From: Chlamydiales bacterium
Lineage (GTDB): Bacteria; Chlamydiota; Chlamydiia; Chlamydiales; SM23-39
Length of the DNA stretch: 64,000 nucleotides
Direction of reading: 5' to 3'
Assembly: GCA_030681135.1 (NCBI GenBank)
Contig: JAUXXF010000025.1
Coordinates: 12,156 to 76,155 of the forward strand
The notes under the pieces are model-generated. The model saw nothing but the letters and a program-made list of their open reading frames with translations, did no database searches and was not told where the DNA came from. The translations under genes and the position numbers were made by a program. Positions 46,317-55,769 of the stretch are shown here, one piece after another (within the stretch, counting starts at the first letter, position 1; each line of letters opens with the position of its first letter).

Positions 46317-46467
46317 TACCGAAACAACCTGAAGAATCGGTTTTTGGCTGTGTCGGCTTTACCTCAGATTTTTTGTCTTAACTCGTGTCTTGCCTCCGGC
46401 AATGGTCACTCGCTCCAGACAAAAAATTCTGAGGAGCCTCCTTGCCAAAATCCCGATCCTTCAAGTT
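46317..46467. repeat. long imperfect palindrome between convergent genes
   Basis: ATACCGAAACAACCTGAAGAATCGGTTTTTGGC...CCTCAGATTTTTTGTCT pairs with AGACAAAAAATTCTGAGG...GCCAAAATCCCGATCCTTCAAGTTACTTCGGTAT. It shares the TTTTGGC/GCCAAAA motif with family A. Confidence 0.6.
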
Positions 46468-46823
46468 ACTTCGGTATATATTTTTTTAGACCATTCAGAT
46501 TCTTTAAAACCTAAGAGTCCAAAATCACTCCCAAGTAAAAAAGGACGTTTAACAAGCATGCCATGTTGATTTAGTAAGGCAATAGCTTTATCGGTATTCA
46601 GATCTTGAAATTTTTCTTTCAGCTGCATCTCTTTATACAAAAGACCGGATGTATTGAAAAGCTTCTTCAAATGGCCATTTTGGCACTCGAGCATCTGTTG
46701 CAGCTCTGCGATTGAAGGTGGGGTTTTAGAGATCTCCTTCTCAGTAAATACTACACCATGTTTTTTTAAAAAAAGAAGGGCAGACTTACAGGTAGAGCAC
46801 TTGCCATAAACATAAATAATCAT
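46461..46823 (-). CDS. ArsC/Spx/YffB-family thioredoxin-fold protein
   Basis: 120 aa. MIIYVYGKCSTCKSALLFLKKHG... and ...LVKRPFLL... are typical of the ArsC family. Confidence 0.8.
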   Translation of the reverse strand: MIIYVYGKCSTCKSALLFLKKHGVVFTEKEISKTPPSIAELQQMLECQNGHLKKLFNTSGLLYKEMQLKEKFQDLNTDKAIALLNQHGMLVKRPFLLGSDFGLLGFKESEWSKKIYTEVT

Positions 46824-46842
46824 CGATTAGTTTTTTCACCTT

Positions 46843-47622
46843 TTATGATTCGTGGTAGACTTTCATTGTTTTGAGATCTAGAAATCCAAGCTTTTGGTAA
46901 AGGTATTTGGCATCATTGGTCGCTGTTAAGACACACTTCTTAACGCCTTTCTCTTGAGCGCTTAGCATTGCTTTTATTGTCATGGCTTTACCTAACCCCC
47001 TTCCTCGCATTTCCGGCAAAACAATGACATCAAATAGAGAAGCTATTCCTTGATCATAAAATAAGGATGATAGTGAGATTGGTTTCCCATTTTCATATCC
47101 CACAAAAAATATTAAAGAACTGGCTTTAGATAGTAAAATAGGTGAGGATTGCTCATAAAATGATTGAATTGCTGAATGTTCCTCAAGAGGCAGGATATGA
47201 TTCATCACGCTAATAATGTCTTGAATTCCAGCTGAATCTTGCACCTGCCTAATATCAAAATCAGAATGCATATGAGTTAAAGCTTGATTATCTAAATCAC
47301 ATGACATTGCCCACTCTGTTTCTTCGGTGATTAATCCAAGAGCTAATAGCTCTTCTTCTAACCAAGAAGGATCATCTTCAAATCCTATCCAAAAGGCATA
47401 CGGCATTTTCTTTGACCTAAAGAAATCAAGCACGATTTTGATGGATGCGCGATCTGTACTTCCATTAGAATATAGAATATTAAACATATTTGAATGAAGA
47501 CCGCTATCTATCAAAACTATGTTCTCTATAGTCTGTATAGTCATTTGTTTGTTATGAATGGGCAAATAGGAAAATTTTCCTTTTATGTTACAATCGAATA
47601 ATTTTAAGAATTGCTTATCCAT
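46843..47622 (-). CDS. GNAT family N-acetyltransferase
   Basis: 259 aa. The C-terminal VLPEMRGRGLGKAMT (acetyl-CoA binding Q/RxxGxG/A) and ...NDAKYLYQKLGF are typical. Confidence 0.8.
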   Translation of the reverse strand: MDKQFLKLFDCNIKGKFSYLPIHNKQMTIQTIENIVLIDSGLHSNMFNILYSNGSTDRASIKIVLDFFRSKKMPYAFWIGFEDDPSWLEEELLALGLITEETEWAMSCDLDNQALTHMHSDFDIRQVQDSAGIQDIISVMNHILPLEEHSAIQSFYEQSSPILLSKASSLIFFVGYENGKPISLSSLFYDQGIASLFDVIVLPEMRGRGLGKAMTIKAMLSAQEKGVKKCVLTATNDAKYLYQKLGFLDLKTMKVYHES

Positions 47623-47637
47623 TGTTTTTTCAGCCGC

Positions 47638-47669
47638 AAAAAAAAAAGGCAGTCCGAAGAGGACCGCCC
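47638..47669 (-). terminator. rho-independent terminator after tRNA-Leu
   Basis: The minus-strand RNA reads GGCGGUCC-UCUUC-GGACUGCC followed by U10. Confidence 0.55.
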
Positions 47670-47680
47670 TTTGTTGTTTT

Positions 47681-47764
47681 TGCCGGTGACCGGACTCGAA
47701 CCAGCACTCTATTGCTAGAAGTAGATTTTGAGTCTACCGCGTCTACCAATTTCGCCACACCGGC
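47681..47764 (-). tRNA. tRNA-Leu (anticodon CAA)
   Basis: The reverse complement reads GCCGGTG TG GCG AAATTGGTAGA CGC G GTAGA CTCAAAA TCTAC (15-nt variable arm) GCTGG TTCGAGT CCGGT CACCGGC A. 84 nt, class II tRNA. Confidence 0.9.
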
Positions 47765-47815
47765 TTAAGAAATAGAAGAGTCTATTATAGAAAAAATCGA
47801 TTTTTTCCTAAAGGG

Positions 47816-48892
47816 TTATTTCAAAGCTTCTTGCAAATCGACTGTTTTAGCCTCTTCAAACTGACTGGCGGTATGCAGCCAACCTTCCGCAAGGACAATA
47901 TCTTGCAAAGAGGAATAGGCTTTTGCATTTAAAAGAGCCGTCTCAAAGGTAGGACGAAGCTCATAGATCTCATGAGCATACTCAGCAACTAGATGGTAAT
48001 TTTTTTCTTGAGAAGCAAGTTTACAAAGGAGCCACTTCCCCTCTTTCAACTTACTGACATCGGAAGTCCTAAGAAGATCATAAGCCTCTTTGGGTTTTCC
48101 TTGCTGCTGCAAGGCCTCTGCCAGCCCTTCTAGCGCGCGATTACGAATAGACTCATCGTTAGACCGGATCAGTTTCCGAAAGCTTTTTTGAGCCATGTCT
48201 AGTTCTTTTCCTGCCAATAGACCCATTGCCTCATTTAATTGAGAAAATAGGTTTCCCTTGGACTTTACAGGACGAGATCGATAGGCCTGAAAATTCTTCA
48301 TCCCATAAAACAGAAATACGCAAGCAAATACTACGCTTTGCTGCGCCAGGAAATACACAGCGCCTACTAAGGCCGCAACCATTCCTAGAAGAAAACCAAA
48401 AAAAGCCCCTCTTTCCTCTCCAAAAAATCTTCTCAATACATATCCTGCCATTTGTCCTCCATCTAAGGGAGGCAAGGGCGCGAGATTCACAATCAATAAA
48501 TAGGTATTTAGCTTCATCATGTAATAAAAAAAGCAATTCACCCAGTAAGAAGTAAATACATGGCTTTTAAAAAAGTAGTAAGACACCCCTATGAGGAGAG
48601 CTGTAAAAAGAGGGCCACAGAGGGTGATGAAAAATCGATACTTTTCATGAAGTCCCCGGTTAGGATAAGAAACGTAACCTCCAAAAGCCTCCAGAATAAT
48701 TTGAGGCTCTCTTCCGCATTTGATCGCTGCAAGGGCATGACCGTATTCATGAATCAATAAAGACAGGCTTAAAACCACCCCTAAAAGACAAGCGCTCATC
48801 GGGTCACCACGAAAGTTCATACAAAAGAAGAGAAGAAACAACCAAAATGTAGGTTGAATCACTACGGGAATATTGAAGATTCTAAATTGCAT
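47816..48892 (-). CDS. M50 family site-2 metalloprotease fused to a C-terminal TPR-like domain
   Basis: 358 aa. HEYGHAL in a TM helix and the NLAPLPPLDGG motif, then ~150 aa of helical repeats (..AQKSFRKLIRS..RNRALEGLAEALQQQGKPKEAYDLL..). Confidence 0.8.
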   Translation of the reverse strand: MQFRIFNIPVVIQPTFWLFLLFFCMNFRGDPMSACLLGVVLSLSLLIHEYGHALAAIKCGREPQIILEAFGGYVSYPNRGLHEKYRFFITLCGPLFTALLIGVSYYFFKSHVFTSYWVNCFFYYMMKLNTYLLIVNLAPLPPLDGGQMAGYVLRRFFGEERGAFFGFLLGMVAALVGAVYFLAQQSVVFACVFLFYGMKNFQAYRSRPVKSKGNLFSQLNEAMGLLAGKELDMAQKSFRKLIRSNDESIRNRALEGLAEALQQQGKPKEAYDLLRTSDVSKLKEGKWLLCKLASQEKNYHLVAEYAHEIYELRPTFETALLNAKAYSSLQDIVLAEGWLHTASQFEEAKTVDLQEALK

Positions 48893-48915
48893 AAACTATG
48901 AACAGATTCTAAGAT

Positions 48916-50334
48916 TCAAGTAAACGTACATCCTTCAGAGATCAGCTGATCAATATAGCCAATGGTATAATTATGAGTTAAAAACCGTTGGTCTTCCAGC
49001 ATGTACTGATGAAACCCGATCGTCGAATGAACTCCTGCAATATGAAACTCTCGAAGAGCTCTTTTCGCATGAGCAATCGCCTCTTCTCTCGTAGCGCCTT
49101 TCACAATCAATTTAGCAATCATTGAATCATAATGGGGAGGGATTTTATAGCCACCATAACAGGCGCTATCGACGCGGACATGAGGTCCTCCTGGAGGAAT
49201 ATAGTGCTCAAGCTGTCCTGGCGAAGGCGCAAAGTTTTGCGCAGGATTTTCCGCATTAATCCGGAATTCAAAGACATGTCCTTTAAAAGTGATGTCTTTT
49301 TGACGAAAGGGAAGTTTTTCTCCTTTCGCGATTAAGATTTGCTGTTTTACAAGGTCAACGCCAGTCAGCTCTTCCGTGATCGTATGCTCGACTTGAATGC
49401 GCGTATTGACTTCCATAAAATAGAAAGAGCCTTGCTCATCGAGTAAAAATTCTACCGTGCCTACAGAATGATAGTGAGCCGCCTTCACAATCTCAACCGC
49501 ACACTGTCCCATCTTCTTTCGAAGAGAGTCGGTAATTTTGGGACTCGGAGCCTCTTCAATCAGTTTTTGCCTACGACGCTGGATCGTACAATCCCTTTCT
49601 CCCAAATAGACATAATTGCCAAACTTGTCCCCCATGATCTGCACTTCCACATGACGCGGATTGACAATCATTTTCTCAAGATAGACATCAGGATTATTAA
49701 AGCTCGCTTCAGCTTCCGTACGGGCCTGAATGAATTTTTGGACAAAATCTTCATCGGAAAAAGCGATACGAATCCCCTTTCCGCCTCCTCCTGCAACAGC
49801 TTTGATAAAGAGCGGATAGCCAAATTTATGCGCCAGCTTCAACCCAGTTTCCACGTCATGGACAACTCCATCTGAACCAGGGATGATAGGACACTTGACG
49901 CTCTTAGCAGTCGCTTTGGCCGCCGCTTTATCCCCAAGCAGAGAGATCGTCTTGGAAGAAGGGCCAATAAAGGTCAATCCAGAGCTCTCGCAGATCGAAG
50001 CAAAATTTGCATTCTCACTAAGAAAACCATAACCAGGATGGACAGCATCCGCTCCAGTAATCTCACAAGCTGCAATAATATTGGGGACTTTAAGATAGGA
50101 CTTGGCAGATGGAGCCTGGCCAATACAAATGGCCTCATCAGCGTGATGCACATGCATCGCCTCCGCATCCGCCTCAGAATAGACTGCGACTGTTTGAAGA
50201 CCAAGATCGTGGCATGCCCGAATAATTCGAACAGCAATCTCTCCTCGATTAGCTATAAGTACTTTTTGCACACTATTTTTTTGCACTATATTAACGTCCC
50301 GATGTGTCTGTGATGCGCAATAAGCGAGTGCCAA
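48916..50334 (-). CDS. accC: acetyl-CoA carboxylase biotin carboxylase subunit
   Basis: KVLIANRGEIAVRIIRAC and the ATP-grasp motifs are present. This is the maximal ORF, which overlaps accB by 44 nt. The true start is probably GTG at 50286 or 50271 (VQKVLIANRGE). Confidence 0.95.
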   Translation of the reverse strand: MALAYCASQTHRDVNIVQKNSVQKVLIANRGEIAVRIIRACHDLGLQTVAVYSEADAEAMHVHHADEAICIGQAPSAKSYLKVPNIIAACEITGADAVHPGYGFLSENANFASICESSGLTFIGPSSKTISLLGDKAAAKATAKSVKCPIIPGSDGVVHDVETGLKLAHKFGYPLFIKAVAGGGGKGIRIAFSDEDFVQKFIQARTEAEASFNNPDVYLEKMIVNPRHVEVQIMGDKFGNYVYLGERDCTIQRRRQKLIEEAPSPKITDSLRKKMGQCAVEIVKAAHYHSVGTVEFLLDEQGSFYFMEVNTRIQVEHTITEELTGVDLVKQQILIAKGEKLPFRQKDITFKGHVFEFRINAENPAQNFAPSPGQLEHYIPPGGPHVRVDSACYGGYKIPPHYDSMIAKLIVKGATREEAIAHAKRALREFHIAGVHSTIGFHQYMLEDQRFLTHNYTIGYIDQLISEGCTFT

Positions 50335-50770
50335 ACTCTACAGGTTGAGCGCTGTCAGTTAAAATTTCAGCGACTACACCGTTTACGCCTGCTTTTACTT
50401 CATTCATGACCTTCATCGCCTCAATAATACACACGATTGTATTCTCGCTGACCGTATCTCCAACTTTTACAAAAGGAGGCTGGTCAGGAGCAGGTGAGCC
50501 ATAATAGGTCCCCACCATAGGAGAAGTTACATAAGTGCCTGCTGCTTCAGCAGTACGCTCCGTCTTCATAGGAGGAAGCTCATGCTGCGGTTCAAAATGA
50601 AATTTCACAGGTTGAGAAGAAGAAGGAGGCGGGACATAAACAGGAGCAGGAGCCGGCTGGTCACTCTCTTTTTCTAGGTGCAGTTCAAAGTCCCCTTGTT
50701 TATACACCAATTTTTTCAGCTTACTAGCCTCAAGTTGGGCCATTAATGCTTTAATCGTCTCTAAATCCAC
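50291..50770 (-). CDS. accB: biotin carboxyl carrier protein
   Basis: 159 aa with a Pro/Ala-rich linker and the biotinylation motif IEAMKVMNEV. Confidence 0.9.
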   Translation of the reverse strand: MDLETIKALMAQLEASKLKKLVYKQGDFELHLEKESDQPAPAPVYVPPPSSSQPVKFHFEPQHELPPMKTERTAEAAGTYVTSPMVGTYYGSPAPDQPPFVKVGDTVSENTIVCIIEAMKVMNEVKAGVNGVVAEILTDSAQPVEFGTRLLRITDTSGR

Positions 50771-50775
50771 TGATT

Positions 50776-51333
50776 TTATACCCTTTGTATGTATTCATGA
50801 GCGTGAGTATCTACCTTGACCACATCGCCGCTCTCAATAAATAAAGGCACGCTCATTTTCGCGCCAGTTTCCAATACCGCACTCTTATTGCCTTCAGCAT
50901 TGACATCGCCAGGCGGCAAATCTTCTGTCTTAACGACCATAATTTCAAGAAACTGAGGAAGCTCTATGGCAAAAATTGTATCGCCATAAAACATCGCTTT
51001 TACTTGAATGCCTTCTTTCAAAAAGTGAATCTTGTTTCCTAAGATGGAAGCAGAGACAAGTACGTGCTCTAAATTTCCAACATCGAGAAAAAGATATTCT
51101 TGACCTTCCGGATACAAAAACTCAAGAGCTCTTTCGACAAGAGACACCTCTTGAACAATCTGATCGGGTTTAAAACTCTTTTCAATCAATTCATCCGTAA
51201 TCAGATTGCGAAGTTTTGTTTTGACAAAAGGAGGTCCTTTTGGCGCAGTGACCTTCACACTCGATTCTACCCGATAAATTTTCCCTTCGATGTTGAGTGT
51301 CATCCCAGGAGTAATTTGATTCGAAGTCGTCAT
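50776..51333 (-). CDS. efp: elongation factor P
   Basis: 185 aa with an EF-P three-domain pattern (..IYRVESSVKVTAPKGPPFVKTKLRNL..). Confidence 0.9.
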   Translation of the reverse strand: MTTSNQITPGMTLNIEGKIYRVESSVKVTAPKGPPFVKTKLRNLITDELIEKSFKPDQIVQEVSLVERALEFLYPEGQEYLFLDVGNLEHVLVSASILGNKIHFLKEGIQVKAMFYGDTIFAIELPQFLEIMVVKTEDLPPGDVNAEGNKSAVLETGAKMSVPLFIESGDVVKVDTHAHEYIQRV

Positions 51334-51358
51334 CGTATTCTATTCCTTTTTACAGCCC

Positions 51359-52012
51359 TTAAATTCGAAAGAGGTCTTTTAGCTCTCTCAAGTCCGAGAT
51401 CGAATAATCGATCCAGGATTCAGCTTGATTCACAAGTCCCCGCCCCCACCGCATATGGACAGTCGTACAACCCAGTTCATGACCAGGAGCCAAGTCCATT
51501 GCGACTCGATCTCCACATACAATCACCGGGGTATTCAAAAATTTCTTGCACAAAACCTCATAAGAGGGGCGTTTGATGCAGTCTTCCGGGATCAGAATAT
51601 TACTAAAAAAGGACGGTTCAATACCAGCTTTTTCCAACTTCTCCATCTGAAAAGAAGAATTTCCTCCCGTCACTAGGGCTAGATGATGTCCCTTTTGCAG
51701 ATCAAAGAGGATTTCGTTAGCACCTGGAGTTGTGGGAATTACAAAATCATCCGGCAAAGGAGAGACCATCAAAGGCAGTACTTGCTTTGTCCAGGAAAGA
51801 TCCCCTTCTTTGAGTTTAATAAATTGTTTAATTGCATCAAAAGAGCGCAAAGACTCAGCATTAATTGCCATCAACTCTCGATAAGCCCCTTCAAAAGAAG
51901 ACACCCTTAAACCAAGTTCTACAAGCTTCTCTAAACAAAGTTTCATTTTAAAAGGAACAACAAAACCTGTCGTATCAATTAACGTGTCATCTAAATCAAA
52001 GATCATCAACAA
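51359..52012 (-). CDS. HAD-superfamily hydrolase
   Basis: 217 aa. Motif I FDLDDTLIDT, motif II LVTGG, motif IV GDRVAMD. Confidence 0.75.
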   Translation of the reverse strand: MLMIFDLDDTLIDTTGFVVPFKMKLCLEKLVELGLRVSSFEGAYRELMAINAESLRSFDAIKQFIKLKEGDLSWTKQVLPLMVSPLPDDFVIPTTPGANEILFDLQKGHHLALVTGGNSSFQMEKLEKAGIEPSFFSNILIPEDCIKRPSYEVLCKKFLNTPVIVCGDRVAMDLAPGHELGCTTVHMRWGRGLVNQAESWIDYSISDLRELKDLFRI

Positions 52013-52988
52013 TTTTTACAAGCTCCTGAGCCAATTTTTTTGAATCGTGCCGAATCAAATTGCGCTTCATCACATCTTTGTTCGATTGCTCTGCAACTTT
52101 GCCAAGCAGGTTTGCAAAAACAACTCTAGGATCATCCAAGTCATTTTCGACCAAATCCCCTTCTGCAGCATACACATCAATCAAGTCCTCTGGGGGTTTT
52201 TGACAATTAATTAAGATGTAATCAAACACATCTTCCCCAAGGAATCTGGTCAGCTCCTGCAAATAGTGAGAAGTCTTAAATTTCGTCGTTTGCCCTTTAC
52301 GATTCATTAAATTCACAACGAATACTTTTTTAGCAGGACACGTCCGAATCGCTTGAGCCATTCCATCAACTAGCAAATTAGGAATCAGAGAAGTATAAAA
52401 TCCCCCAGGTCCTATCACTACAAGATCTGCTGCCTTTAACTCTTCGATCACCCGGCTATTGACTTTCGCAAAAGGCTCTAAATAGATCGATTTATAGCCC
52501 TGGTCAATTTCCTGGGACAAGTAAATCTCTTTTTCTCCTTCGAGCACTTTTCGATTATTTAAAATCATTTTTAAGCGAACCTGGTGAGTCGTCACAGGGA
52601 TCACTTTCCCTTTAATGTACAAAATCTTTCCAGCTTCTTCTACGGCCCTTTCAAAGCTTCCGGTCACTTTTTCAAGAGCCGAGAGCAAGAGATTCCCAAA
52701 ACTATGGCCGCCAAGACCTCCATTTTCAAAACGATAATTCATGAGGCTGCGCATTAAACGACTTGAATTCGACAAAGCAACTAAACACTGGCGTACATCT
52801 CCAGGAGGCAAAACTCCGAGTTCATCCCGTAAAATCCCAGTACTTCCCCCATCGTCTGCCATAGAAACAACAGCCGTCAACTCAAGCGGATAATATTTTA
52901 ATCCTCTGAGCACTGTAAAATTCCCAGTGCCGCCACCAACCACAACGACTTTTTTACAGGTTGGACGAAAAACAGATGATAGACTCAT
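51996..52988 (-). CDS. YvcK/CofD-like (UPF0052) gluconeogenesis-factor family protein
   Basis: 330 aa. VVVVGGGTGNFTVLRGLK, SMADDGGSTGILRDELGVLPPGDVRQCLVAL. Confidence 0.8.
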   Translation of the reverse strand: MSLSSVFRPTCKKVVVVGGGTGNFTVLRGLKYYPLELTAVVSMADDGGSTGILRDELGVLPPGDVRQCLVALSNSSRLMRSLMNYRFENGGLGGHSFGNLLLSALEKVTGSFERAVEEAGKILYIKGKVIPVTTHQVRLKMILNNRKVLEGEKEIYLSQEIDQGYKSIYLEPFAKVNSRVIEELKAADLVVIGPGGFYTSLIPNLLVDGMAQAIRTCPAKKVFVVNLMNRKGQTTKFKTSHYLQELTRFLGEDVFDYILINCQKPPEDLIDVYAAEGDLVENDLDDPRVVFANLLGKVAEQSNKDVMKRNLIRHDSKKLAQELVKIVDDL

Positions 52989-53701
52989 GAAGTTTGCCTT
53001 AACAGTTGAATGCCGGTAGATAAATTAGGCTGACGGAAAAGAAATTCGCCACTCACGAGCACATTAGCCCCGGCCTCTATACAAGCTTTGGCCGTCTTGT
53101 CATTAATGCCTCCATCTACTTGAATATCAAAAGGAGGAAGCTGATCGAGCGAAAGTTCCTCTTTTGCGATGACCCCTCCTTGACGAATCCTCTCTTTGTC
53201 GCAAAATTGTCTCGCTAACTGAACTTTCTCTAAGACTTCAGGCATAAATGCTTGGCCGCCAAATCCAGGACTTACTGTCATAAATAACACCAAATCACAC
53301 TGCACAAGGTATTTTACAGCCATCGAAAAAGAGGTTTCAGGACGAAACGCAAGCCCCGCTTGTTTTCCACATTTTCGAATAAACTGAATCGTCTCTTCCA
53401 CATCCTCTGTTGCTTCAAAGTGAAAGGTGATCCGATCGGCCCCAGCGCCAATAAACGCCTCTATATAATCAAAAGGATGATAAATCATGACATGGACATC
53501 TAAAAAAAGATTAGAGCTCCGATTGATTGCAGCCACAGCTTTAGGGCCCAACGTTAGATTAGGAACAAAATGGCCATCCATAATATCGATATGGATCGCA
53601 TCTGCGCCCGCATCCTCGATTCTTTTTGCCTCATCAGCTAAATGACCAAAATCTCCAGATAAGATCGATGGATAAATTTGTATAGGAAAATTTTTTTGCA
53701 T
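52985..53701 (-). CDS. rpe: ribulose-phosphate 3-epimerase
   Basis: 238 aa. IYPSILSGDF, HIDIMDGHFVPNLT, MTVSPGFGGQAF, VDGGIN. Confidence 0.9.
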   Translation of the reverse strand: MQKNFPIQIYPSILSGDFGHLADEAKRIEDAGADAIHIDIMDGHFVPNLTLGPKAVAAINRSSNLFLDVHVMIYHPFDYIEAFIGAGADRITFHFEATEDVEETIQFIRKCGKQAGLAFRPETSFSMAVKYLVQCDLVLFMTVSPGFGGQAFMPEVLEKVQLARQFCDKERIRQGGVIAKEELSLDQLPPFDIQVDGGINDKTAKACIEAGANVLVSGEFLFRQPNLSTGIQLLRQTS

Positions 53702-53708
53702 ATATTAT

Positions 53709-55769
53709 TCACATAGAAAAAGGTTCTTCATTTTCAAAAATTTCAAGAACTTTTGCTTGAAGCTCTTGATTTTCACTGAAAAGAAGATAACCTAAATAGG
53801 GAATTTCTTGAAAAACTAAAGAAAAAGAAACTAACGCATGTTGAGCTAACCCAAGAGACGCAAGACGCTCTTGCAATCTAGAAACTTGAGCTGGTTTTAA
53901 ATCTGGCAAGATCGCAAATAATCTTCGGCTATCTTGTTTCAAGAGCCAATCTCCAGCTTTACGTTTACTTCTTATATCAACTCTGATGGCCTGCAAAAAC
54001 ATCAAAAACCACTGCTTTAAAAGATCGGGCTCCAAGACACTTCGCATTTCCATCGGCATTAATGCATAAAAAAATTGTTCGAGTAGCAAACTGTGCTGGT
54101 TGGCCGCTTTTCCCAAACTTGTCTTTACATGATCCAAAAGCTCTAGCTGCTTGAGAATCATTCCTCCATTAAAATCTCTCACTTCGCCCACTAAACGGAC
54201 GATTTCAGTAAAAATACTTTGACGCGCTTTATATAAATCGATAGAACGATCAAAACGCATAAAATCTTTCATTGGGACTGCTACACGAACAAGAGCCGCT
54301 TCTTTAGCATATTTTTGTCGAATAGAACCAAGCCTTCTCACTCTTTCTGGGAAAAAGCAGATACTTGTCTTATCTGATGCAAAAAGCTCCTGTACAGGTT
54401 TGCTATTTTCTCCCCGAACTCTTAGCAAGATAATTGTAAAACAAAGATCATCCCCTTTTTGCTCATCAAACGAGATGACTACTTGAGGTCTGTCGCTTAC
54501 ATAACGGATCTGCCTAGAAAGAACCATAATATTTTTTAAGACATCTTCTTCATTGCGCGGCATGAAGATTGGATGCGTCAGCTGTTCTATATTCTCTGTC
54601 AAACTTGCAGGGAGAGCTGTCCGAAGACCTTGGACTTCATCAAACGAAAAATCCTCTCCACTTTGCTTTTCGATCTCGACATAAACAAGCTGCAAAGAGC
54701 TCTCATTGTCTTTTTCTACAATCATCGACCCTTCAACAAGACGCACCTCGTTCATGATTTTTTGAATAGCTGCGACTAAATGGTGATGATTAAACAGTTC
54801 GTGTTCACGTAAAAAATTGAGTCCTACTAAAACGCCCAGTACCGGCCTTTCTTGCTTTGGGCTCGTTTCCATATAAAGTCGTGTTTTCAAAAATTTCACC
54901 ATCACATGGCGCTTGCCTGGCAGCTCAACAATTTGCTGTTGCAGCACTTTTTGGACGGAATGAATATTAGAAATAATACGGCTAATATGATGATAGTCTC
55001 GAACTTTTTTAAAATCTTCTCGGCAAGTGACTAAAAAATGTTGCATTTGCGAAAAGATGCCTCGATCAAAATCTTTAGAATGGCTTTGAATGAGCGAACC
55101 AATTTTTTCCTGAATCATCGCCGTCTTGCCATCCATTGAAAGGCCCTTGAACTCCAAAATGCGGCGAGCATGATAATTAGAGGCAACTCCCAACCGAATT
55201 TCCGTCTCAATCGCATGAAGATTTCGGCGAACCTCTTCCACTTCCTGTAAGCTTTTTAGATAAACAACAATCTCCGCAACGCTGAGTAGTTCATCAGATA
55301 AATGAGGCAACCTGACATCAGACGCAAAAAAGAGCTCCACATTGATTTTTTTTGCAGGCAATAACCACCTGCTGATCATATCGTAAAAAAAATGACAGGC
55401 ATTCTGACGAAATTTACATAGTAAAAGAACAGAAAGAGAACAAGGAGCTCTAGAGAGCTCTGACCAGCAAACTTGAGGAATCAAATCTGAAAACCGGGCT
55501 CTTTGCCAAGCGGCCTGATAAGGAGAAGGCTCTAATAAATCAGCTGGCAAAATTTTTTGAATAATATCTTGCGCCCCTTCCCGATAATACTCTGCTTCGA
55601 TGAAAGGACAACTAAAGGTGAAATCAAATTCTAATTGCTGCGCCGGCCGTTTTTTCCCAAAAGAACTTGAAGTATCCGGAGGACATACACTTGTCGCAGA
55701 AGAAGAAAAGCGGTCTTTTACATCCCGGTCGAACACTAAAGGCATTTGCATACGACACTCACTCATCAA
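53709..55769 (-). CDS. hypothetical protein (686 aa), translationally coupled to the upstream kinase gene
   Basis: Long uninterrupted ORF with an ATGA overlap with the gene at 55766-56545. No motif recognised. Confidence 0.65.
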   Translation of the reverse strand: MMSECRMQMPLVFDRDVKDRFSSSATSVCPPDTSSSFGKKRPAQQLEFDFTFSCPFIEAEYYREGAQDIIQKILPADLLEPSPYQAAWQRARFSDLIPQVCWSELSRAPCSLSVLLLCKFRQNACHFFYDMISRWLLPAKKINVELFFASDVRLPHLSDELLSVAEIVVYLKSLQEVEEVRRNLHAIETEIRLGVASNYHARRILEFKGLSMDGKTAMIQEKIGSLIQSHSKDFDRGIFSQMQHFLVTCREDFKKVRDYHHISRIISNIHSVQKVLQQQIVELPGKRHVMVKFLKTRLYMETSPKQERPVLGVLVGLNFLREHELFNHHHLVAAIQKIMNEVRLVEGSMIVEKDNESSLQLVYVEIEKQSGEDFSFDEVQGLRTALPASLTENIEQLTHPIFMPRNEEDVLKNIMVLSRQIRYVSDRPQVVISFDEQKGDDLCFTIILLRVRGENSKPVQELFASDKTSICFFPERVRRLGSIRQKYAKEAALVRVAVPMKDFMRFDRSIDLYKARQSIFTEIVRLVGEVRDFNGGMILKQLELLDHVKTSLGKAANQHSLLLEQFFYALMPMEMRSVLEPDLLKQWFLMFLQAIRVDIRSKRKAGDWLLKQDSRRLFAILPDLKPAQVSRLQERLASLGLAQHALVSFSLVFQEIPYLGYLLFSENQELQAKVLEIFENEEPFSM

